A stretch of DNA of 63,989 bases, counting the filler, from Dimargaris cristalligena (taxonomy: Eukaryota), in the NCBI GenBank assembly GCA_003614675.1. It is 3 parts of 3 records of this genome, joined end to end, with 100 filler letters (N's around TTAATTAATTAA, not from the genome) between each part and the next. Parts side by side here need not be neighbours in the genome. Positions count along the whole stretch, not along the records: positions 21,478 to 42,846 come from ML002665.1; 2 more parts are not named here. One strand, written 5' to 3'. A model generated the notes under the pieces. The model saw nothing but the letters and a program-made list of their open reading frames with translations. It was not told where the DNA came from and did no database searches. Made by a program: the position numbers and the translations under genes. This document shows positions 24,601-38,700 of this stretch, piece by piece; the stretch's first letter is position 1; each line of letters begins with the position of its first letter.

Positions 24601-26380
24601 GTGGGTAAACGCTATAGTATTTTGATGGCTCTTGGCTTGATGAATACCCTCCACACCATCACACCAACCCCCTTCTTCAATTGGCTCTAAGCTCCGTATG
24701 AAAAGTAGGTATAATTGCTCTTGGCGACGAGGGGGTGACCGCCGACGGAATTCTCAATCCAACACATCCACCCCCCTCCTTTTTCCATTTGGTCCAATGA
24801 CATTCCAACTCCCTCAAACTAAGAATTAACGAACATCGAATCTCGAATATCAGAATGGGGTATATCGAACACGTCCAGGGTATTAAAGTAATATATCCAA
24901 TACCCTTTTTTCAATAAATAAAAATTGCTACTATACGAAAAGTAGGCTTTTGGAGTGCTGCCAGTTCAATTTTGGCGGACTCTACTTCCATCCCCAGCCA
25001 CCCACAGTACACCCTTGCTTAATATGTCCGGCCAACAACTATGGGATGGATTGAGGGTCCTTCGCAAAGGGAGAGTGTCGTGAGAAACCCCGTAATTAAT
25101 GCACAGGGGGGAGCAGGTGCATCTGTTAGATGGGTGCATAGTCATACACTTGTCAAGGTTGGGGAAGGGAAGTATTAGAGCGACTACTAAGGAACCAAGT
25201 CTGCACCGCGGCCATTGACTTATCAGGGAATCACCCGCCCCGAGGCGAACGTCTCGACAGGCTGTGGTAATAAAGACAATGGGGGGGGCAGCGGACCAGA
25301 AAATAAAAGGGGGGAGGAGGGTATCATTTGAAATCAAAAGAAACACCCACCGGAGTGACACATCCGCGCATCTGGCTACGCTGGTGTATGTAGCCGTGAT
25401 TAGGTTACCTACGTCAGTCCATAGTGGAACTGTGCTATTATCAATAATAATACCCCTCCCCCCACATTCCCCTTTTCAACCTTCGGGACTTTTTGTGGGG
25501 GTGAAAGTGGCAAGGAAAAATCAAGGAAACGAAGGGACTTGGACCAAAAAGGAGTACAGTGGAGTTGCAAAATTAGGGTACTTCTCCATCGCATCTTCGT
25601 TATTTTTGCATTCCGTCTGCGACCGTATATTACACTGGACTCGGCGGCTCTTCAGGGTTTGGTGGTACAACGGTATCACAGGCTCAGCTAAGCCAGTGGA
25701 GAGAATGCATGACTGTTGAATTAGGGTGTACCACCGAGGCGAGAGCAGCCCAAGAAAAGTAAACGCATGGGTGAAAGTGTCGTAAGGCCTGGAAAATGAC
25801 CAGTAGCTGCATCTCGGTGGCCTCATGGAAGACTCCCCTGCTTCCAGCCATTACCGCAAAGGCCGTCGGGCCCTTCGCCCATGGCAACTGGCACCGTAAT
25901 AATAATAATAACAATGGAAGAAGGGTTGGCTGAACGGATGCTTCAGGGTGCACAGATTGTCTCACCCAAAAGCGCTCACAATGCGCATCAAACCGGCCGT
26001 ATAGTTTTTGGGGATGAACTACAATAACCCCATACACTTACAATAATTGCACAATCGATGGGCTGGGACAATCACCAACGCGAGCCGAATGGGTCTTTTC
26101 CCCCTCCTCCTCCCCCGACCCGTGCGGTTCTCGATGGCCTACATGGAATGAAGGTGGGTGGCCCGTATTAGCTGTATGATTCACCCTTTGGTGTCCCCCT
26201 CCTGCCTCTATGTGTATAAATACCATCCCATCGCCCACCCATGAAAGCACCACCATCATCATCTCCTTCATCTCCGCTATCATCTCCCTCATCCCTCTGT
26301 TCCTCCTCTTCATTTCTTTTGTATTTTAGACCACCCCGTCTCTCATCCACTCCCCCACCCCCTCCCTCACTTTTATCACC

Positions 26381-26788
26381 ATGCAGTTCTCCACCCTGAC
26401 CGTCTTCGTCGCTGCCCTGGCCGCCGTCGCCATTGCCCGTCCTCAGAACGACAACAACTGGAACTCCCAGACTGAGGTCCTGGATTGCATCAATAACTGC
26501 AAGGACAAGGCCGGCCAAGATGCCACCAACTGCTTCCAGAGCTGCTTCAACCAGTACACGAGTGTTATGGCCGTGAGCAACTCCGAGACTACCCCGCCCA
26601 CGGCCACGGCCGCCGCCACCAAGACTACCGCTACTGGCACCAACACGGCCTCGAACAAGTCCCACACTGGTACCGGTACCGAGACCGAGTCCGAGACCGA
26701 GTCCCCTACCAGCGGTGTCGCGGGCTTGTCCGGCTTCGCCGTCTGCCTCATGGCCCCCGTTGCCGTTGCCCTACTCAACAAGTTTTAA
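26381..26788 (+). CDS. Small secreted, probably GPI-anchored cell-surface protein (4-Cys domain plus Thr/Ser stalk)
   Basis: Signal peptide MQFSTLTVFVAALAAVAIA; CINNC...CFQSC; T/A/S-rich linker; TSG omega-like site followed by a hydrophobic C-terminus; strong C-ending codon bias; TCACC-ATG. Confidence 0.9.
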   Translation: MQFSTLTVFVAALAAVAIARPQNDNNWNSQTEVLDCINNCKDKAGQDATNCFQSCFNQYTSVMAVSNSETTPPTATAAATKTTATGTNTASNKSHTGTGTETESETESPTSGVAGLSGFAVCLMAPVAVALLNKF

Positions 26789-28340
26789 TTTAGTTAGTCA
26801 TTAGGGGAGATGCCTTTGTATTTGCTACTAGTGGACCAATTTAGTTCACTGACTGCCCATCTCCCTTCGCTCCTGCTACCGTAAAAAGCTAACCTACATA
26901 CATTCCGCTTCTTTTTTACTTTGTTCTTTCCATTCACATCTCTACCCCCCCCCCTCACTGTTACCGCCTTTGTTTTGTTACTCTCGGGTGTAATTCATTT
27001 ATTACCATCTATGTCGTTTTTGCCAAAATATATTGTCGTTGATTGATTTTATTCGCCCATTTCACTGTACGTGAGTGAGTTTGGTCATCAGAGGGCTTTG
27101 TGGATAAATCCAGCACAGGTCCCCTTATCACACCTTGCTTAGCGGTTTTTTTTCTATCACTGACGTGCCTTAAGTTGCCCTCCACACTCACCTACTTTAT
27201 AAATTGGGCGCTGATGATTTTGCCTTAAGTTTTTACTAAACTGTAAATTTAACCCTAATAAAACAGTCAACATTCCAACCTATACTCACTGATGTTCATC
27301 TTTTTCGGGTTGCTCCTTCACTTATGTGTGGTAATTAGGGAATCTGGTCTAGATAGAAGTGGCCTTATGATAACCCAAACCCGCGGTAAAAATTATTGCA
27401 GCTGTCTTAACCAAACCATGCCTACATTTCCTGTTTGGCATGGCCCAAATCGGGGCAACTAGTCTGGCGAGCTGGGTTGGGGGCCATTCAAGGCTAGGCA
27501 ATAATGAACCTTTGACAGCCAGTGGCCGGGGTTTACCGGTTGTTTTTTCATTGGTCAGTTGGTTTACCTTGTCACCTCCCCCCTCTCTCAGTTCTATTAA
27601 TAGGCCAACGGCCTAACAACCAGAGTGCCAAGGCGGTGCGGGTGACCGAGACGGCATCAATTGATAAGGTTCATGGATATGGAAACACTTAATATGTACA
27701 GCAATAACACTATGGGAACAAATGAAAAGCAAACATCTCCAAGTCCCATGGCTGCCAAGTAGTAAGGGGCGGAGGGGATTCCGCGGGACCATGCTGTCGG
27801 AGGAGTGCCTCACAGACTTGGCGTGTACTGCTCATGCGCCTGCCGAGACTCCAGATGGAACCCCAGGCGATCGGGACGACGGTATTTGGCATCGCTGATG
27901 TTCCTTTCCTTCTTCCCCCCACCTTCAAAATCAAATGTGAAGTATCTAGTTAGTGTAACCAAGTTGGAAACCACTATTAGTGAAGGTGTGGGTGATCCCT
28001 TCACAACAGACTAGCCCAATCCTTCCATAAATTGTCTGCCAAGATCGCTCCGTGTTACCTCGTTCATGGGAGTTTGGGGGAAATTCTTAGGAATATGACT
28101 TTCCATAACAAGTATGTAAATAGTGAAGATAATCCCGGCAGGGTTCACTGTGCCTCCCTGATCAGATTTCTTCCTTTATGACGTCATTGGCATAGCCAAC
28201 TCATGGTTCTGCACCAAATTGTGAAATCCGATTTTTGTTATAAACAAAGGAAGGGGAATTTTTATTAAAGTCGTTTCAAAATGAATAAAAATACAAAGCA
28301 AAAATTAGTTTATAAACCACGGCAGAAAAAGGATATCAGT

Positions 28341-29719
28341 TCACTCAATCACCTTGTTGGTTAAAAACGGGTGTTTAAGGATGGTGGCCCAGGTGAAGCG
28401 CTGGTCCAAATCGCGCTGAAGCAGACCCTCCAAGAAGCTTTTGAAATTCTTGGGAATGCCCTTGGGCCAGGCGATGGGATTCCGGGTGACATAGTCGGTC
28501 AACAGCGTCAAGTCACACACGGTAAAGGGGACCTGGCCCACGAAAATTTCGTAGAGCACCACCCCGAACGACCAAAAATCGCATTGGTAGGTGTAGCGGG
28601 ACTTGATCAGGACCTCGGGGGCCATGTACAACGGTGTTCCTTTCAGAATGGTTTGGTATTTGGTGCCCTGCGCGGGGGTGAGATGGGTAGCCAGCCCGAA
28701 ATCGCATATTTTGACCCGCCCGTCCAGGCCAATCAGTATATTCTGGGGTTTCACGTCGTGGTGGATAATACCCCGGGCGTGTAGGTACTTCAGCGCGCTC
28801 AGGATTTGCTTGGCGATGGTGCGGACCTCGTCGACGGCCAAGTACTTGTGTATACGGAGGTAATCCCCCAGGTCACACTGGCGTGATTAAGCAGGGTCCA
28901 ACGGCCATCCCCACGGGAAGAAATAAATAGGACAATCAAACAGTTGAACGGTTAGCATAGTCATCAGGCAGGTAAAATTACACAAGGGAACCCCAATTGG
29001 GTTGGCGACTATTAATGGCCATTGAACGAGTTCCCAAAGACGAAGCAGAGTATGCCTGATGAAACGGGCGGTCATGGGCGTTGGTTAAAAATCAACCTAC
29101 GTACGAGCCAAATGGGGGATATTAGAATATACATGCTGGCCAATATTGAATCTGGCCGTATAGCATAGTGACATTTACCTGGCAAAACTCCGTGGCAATA
29201 CATATATCGTCTTTGGTTTCAAAAAACTCAACCAGGTGGACAACATGGGGATGCTGTATCTGGCGAAGAAGCTCCGATTCTTCTCGATAAATCGTCAGCT
29301 CGCGCTCGCTTTTTCGCTTTTTGGAGACTAGTTTCAGAGCAACCAAGGCACCCGTACCTCGCGAGTGGGCCTATTTCATCACATTATTGTTATAAGAATA
29401 TAAAAGTAAATAGGGGGAGGGGTTAGAAGGGATGTTCGGATTATAGAGAAGCATGGGTGTGTCACAGTTTACTTATCTTTTATAGGATAATGGCAGGGGG
29501 CACAGTTGAGAGTAGGATGGTATTCTATCGTTAAATACCCTTCCTTGATAGAGTATAGGGGGTGAATTAAAGATGCAAAACGGCTAATCTATTCTCAAAA
29601 AATGAATTGGCTTTGGATAAGGCGGTTCTTACCTTGAAAACACGGCCGTACTGTCCCTCCCCCACCTGTACCAAGGTAATGTACTTGTCAAGTGCTTCGG
29701 GGGGTAAATCGTCGGCCAT
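28341..29719 (-). CDS. STK36: Fused/STK36-like Ser/Thr kinase, kinase domain only, 3 exons
   Basis: Exons approx. 29719-29633 (VGEGQYGRVFK), 29370-29179 (VALKLVSKKRKSEREL...HPHVVHLVEFFET), 28877-28341 (HHDVKPQNIL, ICDFGLA, LKGTPLYMAPE, WP..FKSFLEGLLQRD..QRFTW..ILKHPF). These match the Fused-family pattern. Confidence 0.85.
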
Positions 29720-30351
29720 GGTTGCCAATGGTTATAAAGTCGTTAGCGGAAGTAAAGGTGTTGGAAATGTGGTTATATGTATTGAAAGATGAAGTCAAGC
29801 GTTTGGCCACTAACGCGACATGGGCAGGCCAGCGATTCCAAACTGTCACGAAGCAATCCGGATTAAACTTAATGTCAAAAACGGAGTGCAAAGTATAATA
29901 AGAGGGAAAAGAAAAGCCATACACGAGGTTCAGAAATGTTGACATTGCCTTTGTTTACATGTGGTTCGCCTCAAGCAAGAACAGGGACAGGTTGTGCACA
30001 ACGCAGCCAAATCCAACTCCGCCCAAACGCCACTGGTACTCCTCTCAAAATAAACACTCTGGTGTTGGCCCTGAGCCGCATTCCCCTGGCCTTGGTCACC
30101 TCTATGTTGGCTGCCAGGTGTATTGGAAGATTACTGCATATTTCTAAATGTCTTTTTCTGCTCTGTTTACCTGGTTTCGAGTTGTCGGGTCGTGGCCCGT
30201 GTCACAGTCAAGCTAATCGCTCAGCTTCTTTTCGCAACCGCAGTTTATTCGGCTCCTGAATTGCCCGAACCCATTGTCTTTCCCATTTTGAGTCTTTCGC
30301 CGCTTGACACCGACCGTCCTGTATTCTGTTCACCAGCTCTCATATCACCAC

Positions 30352-32605
30352 ATGGCGACACTCATAGCTCCGTTTCCGTTGTCCACCGACTCGGACGACA
30401 TGCAACTCCTACTGACCAATTTGAACCTTCTCGGCTGGCAGCCCTCCCAAGTCTGCGTCGGTCCTTATGGCGGAATAGTGGTCGACACCCAAGTTTTCCG
30501 CCAGGGCCACCAGCACCACAAAGCGGCCGAAGTCATCCTCAAGTTTCTCTTCGACCGACTCCATGCCAATCTCAGTCGAGACACCTTCGCCAGCTGCTAT
30601 CCGGCCGGCGATCCCCGCCAGGCCCGGGAGTTCCGCAACCACGCATTCAAACTTTTGGAGCAGATTCGGAAGGAATCCAATGTCGGCAGTAGTACTGGTA
30701 GTGTTGACCACGCCCTGCCCCTCGTATCGCCTGCTCCTACACTATTGAATCCCCACCTCCATCCGGCCTTGGCCTTTCCCGCCCAATTTCCGCTTCGGCG
30801 TTCCTATTTCGACGACTGCCGGGGTCTCCGCTTTGAAGCCCTTTTATGCCATCTGTCACGACACGTGTTGGCAGCCACATTGGTGAAAGAGTTCCATTGG
30901 CGGCAAGGCGTCCGTCCCCAACCCGCCAATTCGGTGGAGGGTCTTGCGATTCGGAGCCGAAAGACGCTCGGGGCCGGTATAGTCGATAAAGACCTACCAC
31001 CACCCACCGACCGCACTTCATCGTTTCTCGACCAACTCTATGCTCAGGCGCACAGTAAGCCAACCCCGGCCACCACAGGCAGTTCCAATTCATCCAATGA
31101 TACCCTCAAACGGACTCTTTCCTTACATATTAACCGGGAGGCCCGGGTGTTTCTTAATACCATGTCGGTCCAGTCTTACATTCAAACGCGATGGCAAACC
31201 CTGGCTTCCGAATTGACCCACCTTTACGGTGACCGTTCGGCGTATTTGGCCACTATACAAAAGCAATTGCGGGACCTTCCTGATATACCCCCGCCATCCC
31301 CCGCTGGCCTAGACAGTCGGCTAAAAGTGGACCCTAGCGAGTCCTCTCGATGGGCCTCTCGTTCATCCCTGTTGGAAATGTTGACTCAGTCCGATTTGCT
31401 GCCCCAATCGGCTAAGGTTACAGCTCGACAGCAATTGCTCCATACTCACGTTCACCGAGCGATGGGACGATGGCTACAATTGGATACGTATTTAGATACC
31501 GCTAGTCGTCAACAAGTCATTATTGATGCGGCCGCACATGTGAACCAACGCCCGTGGCAACTTCGTGCAGTCGACCATCCTCTTGTAATATCCGAGGATA
31601 TGGCAAGTCGGTGGAAAGAATGGCTCCAAAAGGTAGGCAGGGCCGAGTGAACACCATTACTTTTGCAGAACTGGCATGCTGCAGCCAAGTTAAATTATGT
31701 TTCTGATTAATGTACTAATCTCCACTCGAGGGCACGGCCATAGCCATCGGCGTTGCTAACTTCCTTTGCTGGCCACTATTAATCCCACCTATCCTCACCC
31801 ATCCCATTTGCCATATCAGGCTGAATTAACTCCGTACGAGGGTTCCAAGCTTCAACTAGTGGATATACTGCAGATGTGGCAGTTGACTACACGAGGCCTA
31901 TTTTATGCCGCCGGACTCGAAACCAATCCTGCTAGCCCATCTCCCCTAACTTCGCAAACCAACCAAATTCGCAGCTCGGCTCATGAGCCAACAGCATTAT
32001 TGCCGCGCTCCACCGACCCGACACCCCTCGACCAGCTTCTCCCCCATATCGAAATACTACCCCACCTTTCACGGCCACCTCACCAGGCCGCCCCCACTGT
32101 ACTTACCACCGATTTGTTCACCGTTGGCCCAACTCACTGGAGCACCTCCTCCTCCTCCTCTGAATCCTCCCGGCCTGGTCATGCCACATGGGATAATCTG
32201 CACAAAGCAGAACAGACCCGGTTGGAGCAAATTCGGGCCCTGAAGGCCAAGCTACAGTACCGCCACGATCAATTGACAACCCAGTTGGAAGCTCGACAAA
32301 CTCGGCCCAATGCATCATCTCTATTACAACCCACCTCTAGTGACCAAGTAATGTCGCCCCCTGCCCTTCCAGAGGGCCTGCGTAGAGTGACTATCGCCAG
32401 CCCCCCTATCGGAACCAATTCGGGATTGGATGACCGTCTCAACCAAATCCGGGAGCAGTTGGGCTCCATTTTCGACCTCACAGTCTTCCGGTCTGAACTC
32501 GAAGAACCCTGTCATGGCCAAGATACTCCAATAACCAATTCGCCGTTAGTGCCCTCTCATACCACTGGTTCATTTAAACCATGCTCCGCTATGGACACGG
32601 AATGA
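30352..32605 (+). CDS. HAUS6: HAUS augmin-like complex subunit 6 (Dgt6/HAUS6 N-terminal domain), 2 exons
   Basis: LLLTNLNLLG, KAAEVILKFLFDRL, F..CYP.GD.RQAREFRN.AFKLLEQIRKE, LRRSYFDDCRGLRFEALLCHLSRHVL. Intron 31633-31819; exon 2 begins AELTPYEGSKLQLVDIL. Confidence 0.85.
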
Positions 32606-33166
32606 TCCGCTCATAATTTGTTAAGTGACATCTCTTCTACTTTCACGCTTATATGTAATTATACTTCTATTCTTTTCTCTCGCACATTTAATTTCCCCCA
32701 TTCGGTTATTTATATAATCCTTTAAATAAACGGCATTTTAAAAATTACTCACCAAAATACAACTGGGCATTTTTTAAATGAGGGGCGGGATCGCCATTAT
32801 CAATTCCTGAAAAGCCATCAACTGCAAACTGGCAATTGTCAGTAGTAGTGACATTCTGTTGGATCTTTTTAAACGGGTACTTTCCCATTTGGTCTAAAAT
32901 ATTAAAGGACTACATACATTACTCCCCCCCTTAGAATTATTATAGGGGGTTTTCATACTCTAAATTCACAGCCCCCTTATCCCTTGGCCTCTATGGCTGA
33001 AAGGTGGGGGGAGATTCACTTGTCAACAGACCCGACGAATTTCAGGTCCCTTCACTTACCCATGCTGGTTAATTGTCGTGTAGCACTCCTGCGCAACCTA
33101 ATGCTATTACTAGTCCCCTTTCTTTTCGTTTTATGTTCCGAGTTTTTGCTCATTCATTCCTCAGCC

Positions 33167-34697
33167 ATGAGCCAAACTGCGCTATCCACTTTAGTTCGAA
33201 CCTGCTTTGATAGGGCCAGAGCGTCGGGCGCTTTGTTGTTTACCCCGACCAGTTTGCACATTGAAAGAGCGGCAGGCATTAACGTAAGTAGTTAAATGGC
33301 CTGAATTCACCTGTTCCTGAGGCTAAATAGGCAGTAGTCGACCACGATATATGCGTCATGTAGTCGTTAGCCAGTGCCGCCATATACACCCTTCAGAAGT
33401 CGGTAGAGATTCCCAATGGATCTTCAACGCGAACCGGGCTCTAAAACGAACATTGTATGCTCCATTATAACGCCAATCTTAAAACAATCCACCTAACCGA
33501 CTGATTCAAGTTCGAAATCCGCTTAGTAAGTGCCCTCGCCAGCAAGCCCGTCAAGCCCGTAAATAAAGACAGCGGTGCCGTGCCTCCTAAAGTTAACCCA
33601 TTCCTTCCATACGACCCCGAGCTTTATGTGACAAGCCATGACAGCTTCCACATTCTTTTGAATAAATACTGCGTCTCTCCGCACCATTTGCTTATTGTCA
33701 CTAAAGGTAAGTCTTATGGTCTATACCCAAGGTTAATTTAAACCCTACGTGCTATGAATGGATATTATATCGGTACTGTATGATTAGAATCATTCTTATT
33801 ACCTTTTTTTTGGTAGGTCTTTTGGAGGTCAACTAACTAACTACCTGTCGAGCGTGACAACTTGACATAAAATTAACTGGTTTTTAGAATATAAACACCA
33901 GGGAGACCCTATCACTCTTGATGAGTTCGGTACGGCAATTTGGGCACTGAATAATCTGGATACCAAGTACATCCTCTTTTATAATTCCGGGCCAAATTCG
34001 GGGGCCAGTCAGCCGCATAAGCATCTACAACTACTGCCCAGCCCCTCCCCTGACGCTCTTTTCCCGCCCACATTAGCTGCCGTACAGCATTGGGAATTTG
34101 ATCAAAGTAAGCCGCTACGCATTATCAGTTTCTATCTAATTATCCCGAACTTGTAGTGCCGGATTCAGCTACATTATCAACCCCGAGGCCCTTTATTAAA
34201 CAGTCTATATACTAAATCGCCTCTGTATCCACCATATCCCCAAACCCTTCCCGGCCGGGTTAGTCAATCAAATCCCCGGTCTTCCATTTGTCCACTGGTG
34301 TGTCCGGTTACGCCCCCAACACGTCCATAATCTAGACTCATCTGCTCCGTGGACTGGCGTTGAATACCTTCACCGATCTTACCAGGTCCTACTTGAACTG
34401 GTCGCTGAAGACTACCAAACCCACCATCAACAGCAGGGCCAGGAGGCCGAATCCTCAATCACCCCAGACCAAATCGGTCAAGACGCGACTAACGGCGTTT
34501 TTTCCTATAGTTTCTTCTGCTCATCGGACATGATGATGATAATACCCCGCCGCAACGAAAAATGCGGCATTACCAGTATCAATTCATTGGGATTCGCTGG
34601 TATGATCCTGGCTAAATCCCAGGATGAACTGCAAACTATGAAGCAGGTGGGCGTTCTTGGTATCTTGGAGCACGTCGGCTTTCCACTGAAGGGCTAG
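33167..34697 (+). CDS. APA2: Ap4A phosphorylase / ATP adenylyltransferase (Apa1/Apa2 family), 4 exons
   Basis: Mostly absent from the ORF track. Exons approx. 33167-33283, 33511-33706, 33888-34106, ~34264-34697. Motifs NPFLPYDPELYV, LLNKY...HHLLIVTK, FYNSGPNSGASQPHKHLQLLP, MMIIPRR, SINSLGFAGMIL. Confidence 0.92.
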
Positions 34698-35792
34698 CTA
34701 CCGAGCCCCCCAGGCAGTAATTGAGAGAATCAACCTATTCTTGTGATACCTTATGTATTTTTCTATTTTCTATCCCCTTTTATTTATTTATTATTTAGCA
34801 CTAAAAAGGTCGCTTAATCGACCAGTTCGAGTCAATGTCGTGTTGAACTTTTCTGTACCCCATACCATCGAGCCAAGCCAATAATTATCGTGCCAGCCGT
34901 CTTAAGTCCAAATTCTAAACTTGGAATTAGGTACATCTGGTATGAGTTGCTCCGGTACGAGGTTTAAAATTGAAAGGCCGTAACTGCCAATATCGTTGGT
35001 ATGGGAGTTCGTCGTTGAAGGATTAGTCCTCGGGAAACTAGTCTTAAGATGTGATACGGAATGTATGCAGGGTACATGTTATAGCTGGGATTGGGGGTAT
35101 GGCCGTGAAAAACGATGATCAGAGTAATGTATATCCGAAAAATTGACATGCAGAGCTGGAGAAGTGACCAGTATTAAGGCACTGGCACACAAAGGCAGGG
35201 CAGTGGCTGGTTATATATAATGAATGCAACCATGAATAGTTTTACTGGGAAACACTAAGTATGTATTGATATTTAAGTCCACTAGATACGGCCGGCAACC
35301 CATTTATCGATATTCCTCGAGTTTTAATTCTTACTCGGCTGGTGTATTTCCACAATGAAAAATCGCCCGAATCATATATGACCAATGCTAATTAATTAGC
35401 ACTTTTTGTAGGATTCTGCTGCCCCTTGATTCAAAGCATTAATATAATTGCATCGACGTCCACCATCTAGTAAATGATTGAACATTGGATCCTAGGTACA
35501 ATAGTACAATACAGGCAACTGATTCGAAATACTAAGCTGGTAATATTTAGCATAGCCAGTGGATAGTGTTTGGCGCAAGAGTCGGTTATCGAAGTGACCG
35601 GACGTCTGAAAATGCGGTTTATGCTGGAATCAAGTCGTACATCTCAGTAGAATTTAAGATATTTTTATTCTCCCATCTGGTAAAACCGAAATGATTTTAT
35701 TGATTACAAACTAAACATCCTACATTAGCTGCACGGTAACCCACCTAACCCATCATACACGTTAGTCGCTCTGAGATGGACCAGTCCACTTA

Positions 35793-38700
35793 TTATGAAT
35801 CGCACCAGGTCTGCAGGTCCATGATACTGAACCCCACCGACAGTTTATCCTGGGGGAAGCAACGGGCAATCAGGGCGTTGAAACGATCATGCTGATGAAC
35901 CAACTCGAGATAGATTTCCTTCCAGACAAGCGATTTGATGGGTCCCGAGTCGGAAAAGTGCTTTTCCACTCGTTTATGCAGGGCCTTGATATTACGGCGC
36001 AGTTCCTCCCCTTGGTATTGCACCAGGACCTTCTTGAGGGCGGCCTTGTTGTAAGACAAGTGATAGCCCACCTCGCTAGCGTCACCCGTTTTAAGTAGAC
36101 TTTCGATTCCTTCGAAGAATTCAATCAGTTTTCCCAGGGGGCGCCGGATCACCGTTTTGACATACGCACTCATGGCCATGTTGTAGTTGGTGAGTGCCTG
36201 TTCAATATAGGGCTTAAGTACCGATACTTCGGTCGCCCGGAGCGCACTGTAAAAGTAATGCATATTCTCTGAATTCACATAGTAGCATAGCAGCATAGTA
36301 ATAAAGACCAGGGCCAATCAATGGGGCTTTAGTTAACTATCCACAAGGTTCATCAACTATGCGTAATGTTAATCAGGTCGGCATTGAGTAACAGAGGAGA
36401 GACTTAGTGCAACCCATTAACAAAATGTGGCCACAACTCTGAAACTGAGCACTACAAAGCAACTTACCTAGGGTTAGAATATGGGCGTTCAGTTGTTCCT
36501 TCACCGCATCCTTATCGTCCGTCTGATAAGATGCCACATCAGCATCACGGGCAATTGCCAGTAACCGCGCGAACATGGTCCGAACGATCTTCTCGTAGCC
36601 TTGGCTCACAAGCTTACGTGCCTCCGTCTGGGAGTTGCCCAGTATTCCGTCCAGCTTTTTGGCAAATCTCTAATCAAAATATGCATTTCCAACAAGTCAA
36701 GATGGGGGGGGGGTGATTGCGATGGGTGAGTGAATTTGGTGGATGTACGCTGATAATATGCCCCAGGGTTCGATACAAGACAGTTGCGACATTGCAAAAT
36801 TATTCTTACCGGAAACACGCGGAAAAAGGGGAGAATTCCGATACGCTTTTTAGTGGTGACCTTGGTCTCGTCAATCGCCCTTAGTTGCTCGTCCTGGCAT
36901 TGGGCAGACGATGAAAGAAAATACATAAATATTAATTAGCCATTTAATATTGACGGTGAAACAGATATCGAATACATCTGTGATAAAATGACCTAAACTG
37001 AAATACGCAGTACCCCATCGATTACTACCAAGTGGCATCCAGCCAAGCAATACAAACAGGTTATTGCCGCCAATATATCCGCCGTAGGCTTACCACAAAT
37101 CGGGCAAAAGTAGCTGCCAGCTGCTTCTGCATGTTCTGTAACACGACGAATAAGAATTCCTGGTTACTAATTTCACACTCCTTCATATGCTGTTCTACCG
37201 ATACCATCATTCCAACCGAGTGACTGCATAGACATAGATGGAATAGGAAGTGTGATAAGCCATATAATGTTAACTAAGGCGAGGCTAGAAACTGCCGTTA
37301 GAGTACGATTCCATAGTGAGCATCGTCAAATGCATACAGAGGATACCCTTTGTTTACACAGCAAATCATTAATACGACTGAAACTTACATCTTATCATTA
37401 CGTAAACCCAGTTCGATAAGAGATGGGATCTCACTGCCCAGTACACTGAAGGTGAGCCCCATTAAATCCTTGAGTTCTTTAGCGATCTGGGAGTCTTTTT
37501 CGCGTGGTCGGGGTACCGTCAGATTGTCGAGGGTCCGGAAATCGCTTCGTGAGATGTACTCGTAAAACGGGACTGTGGGGTGTATGTTAAAGGTGTCATC
37601 GATAAAATTTTGTTCGCCAATGGCCAGCGGGATGACACACGTCATCGCCAGATGGAAAACCTGGGGATGGGTATTAGATGTTAAAAAATATGGAATAGAG
37701 GATTAGCGAAGCCGACTAAGACACGTTTCAATCGTGAAATAAACGGTGGGGTTGCTTTTACCCCAATGCCATCAACCGCAGAAGGTTAGTCAATAACCGG
37801 GCCTACCTCATCAGGGCGTGTTTGGATATCTTGATTGGCCATTTGGGGGGTGTTGAAGCTATTGCGACGGGGCTTCACGGCCGATTGGGCCAGTTGCATT
37901 GGAACCGTCTTGTTCGGTACGTTATAGCTAGTGAACACTGTTAAAGTAAGTTTGGGGTATAGCATGTCACGCGGTTAGGAACTACTCGGATTATAGAAGC
38001 CAGTGAATCGGCCATGGCCTACCGACTTCAAGTCTACGCGCGGCCTATATATTTATGTCGAGGGGTATGCCATTTTTAACAAATGAAATATCCAGAATTA
38101 GAAAAATATATCTTAATATGGCTTACAATGCTCGGCGTCCTCGTTTGTCGACTTGGCTTTGAACATGAGCGGACGTACCGAGTCCACGAGATCCTTAATT
38201 TGTGCCGAATACAGGTTGCTCATAGATTGTACGTATATCTACAGTTTAAAGGCGAAATAATAGGTGCAAACCAGTTAGATCCGGATGGTAGTAGAATGTC
38301 GAACTGTGGATATCACTATGTCTACTACAACCGGAGGAATCCTAATGGCAGACTCCTTATGACAAAAAACCCAACCAATATCCCAGGAAATTTGTCTATA
38401 TTTATTCCTCCCACTTACCATCCGCAATTCTTTATACTTGGCGGTCTCCATCTGCTTAAGCCACAGAGTCAAGGCCCGGTACTTGAGCAAACTTTCATGG
38501 ACTGATAACGGCCCGATCGGTTTAACAATCACCCCCGGTGCTGGGGCCAATTTGCCTCGAACCCGGCTCTTATCATTTAGGATAGATTCGATATTGAACT
38601 GGAACATGACTTTAAGATATTCGGACACGCGGGCCGAAAAGCTCGACGCGAAGTATTTATAGGACTCCAGTTTCTCCTGGGTGGCGCGCATGGCCTGGAG

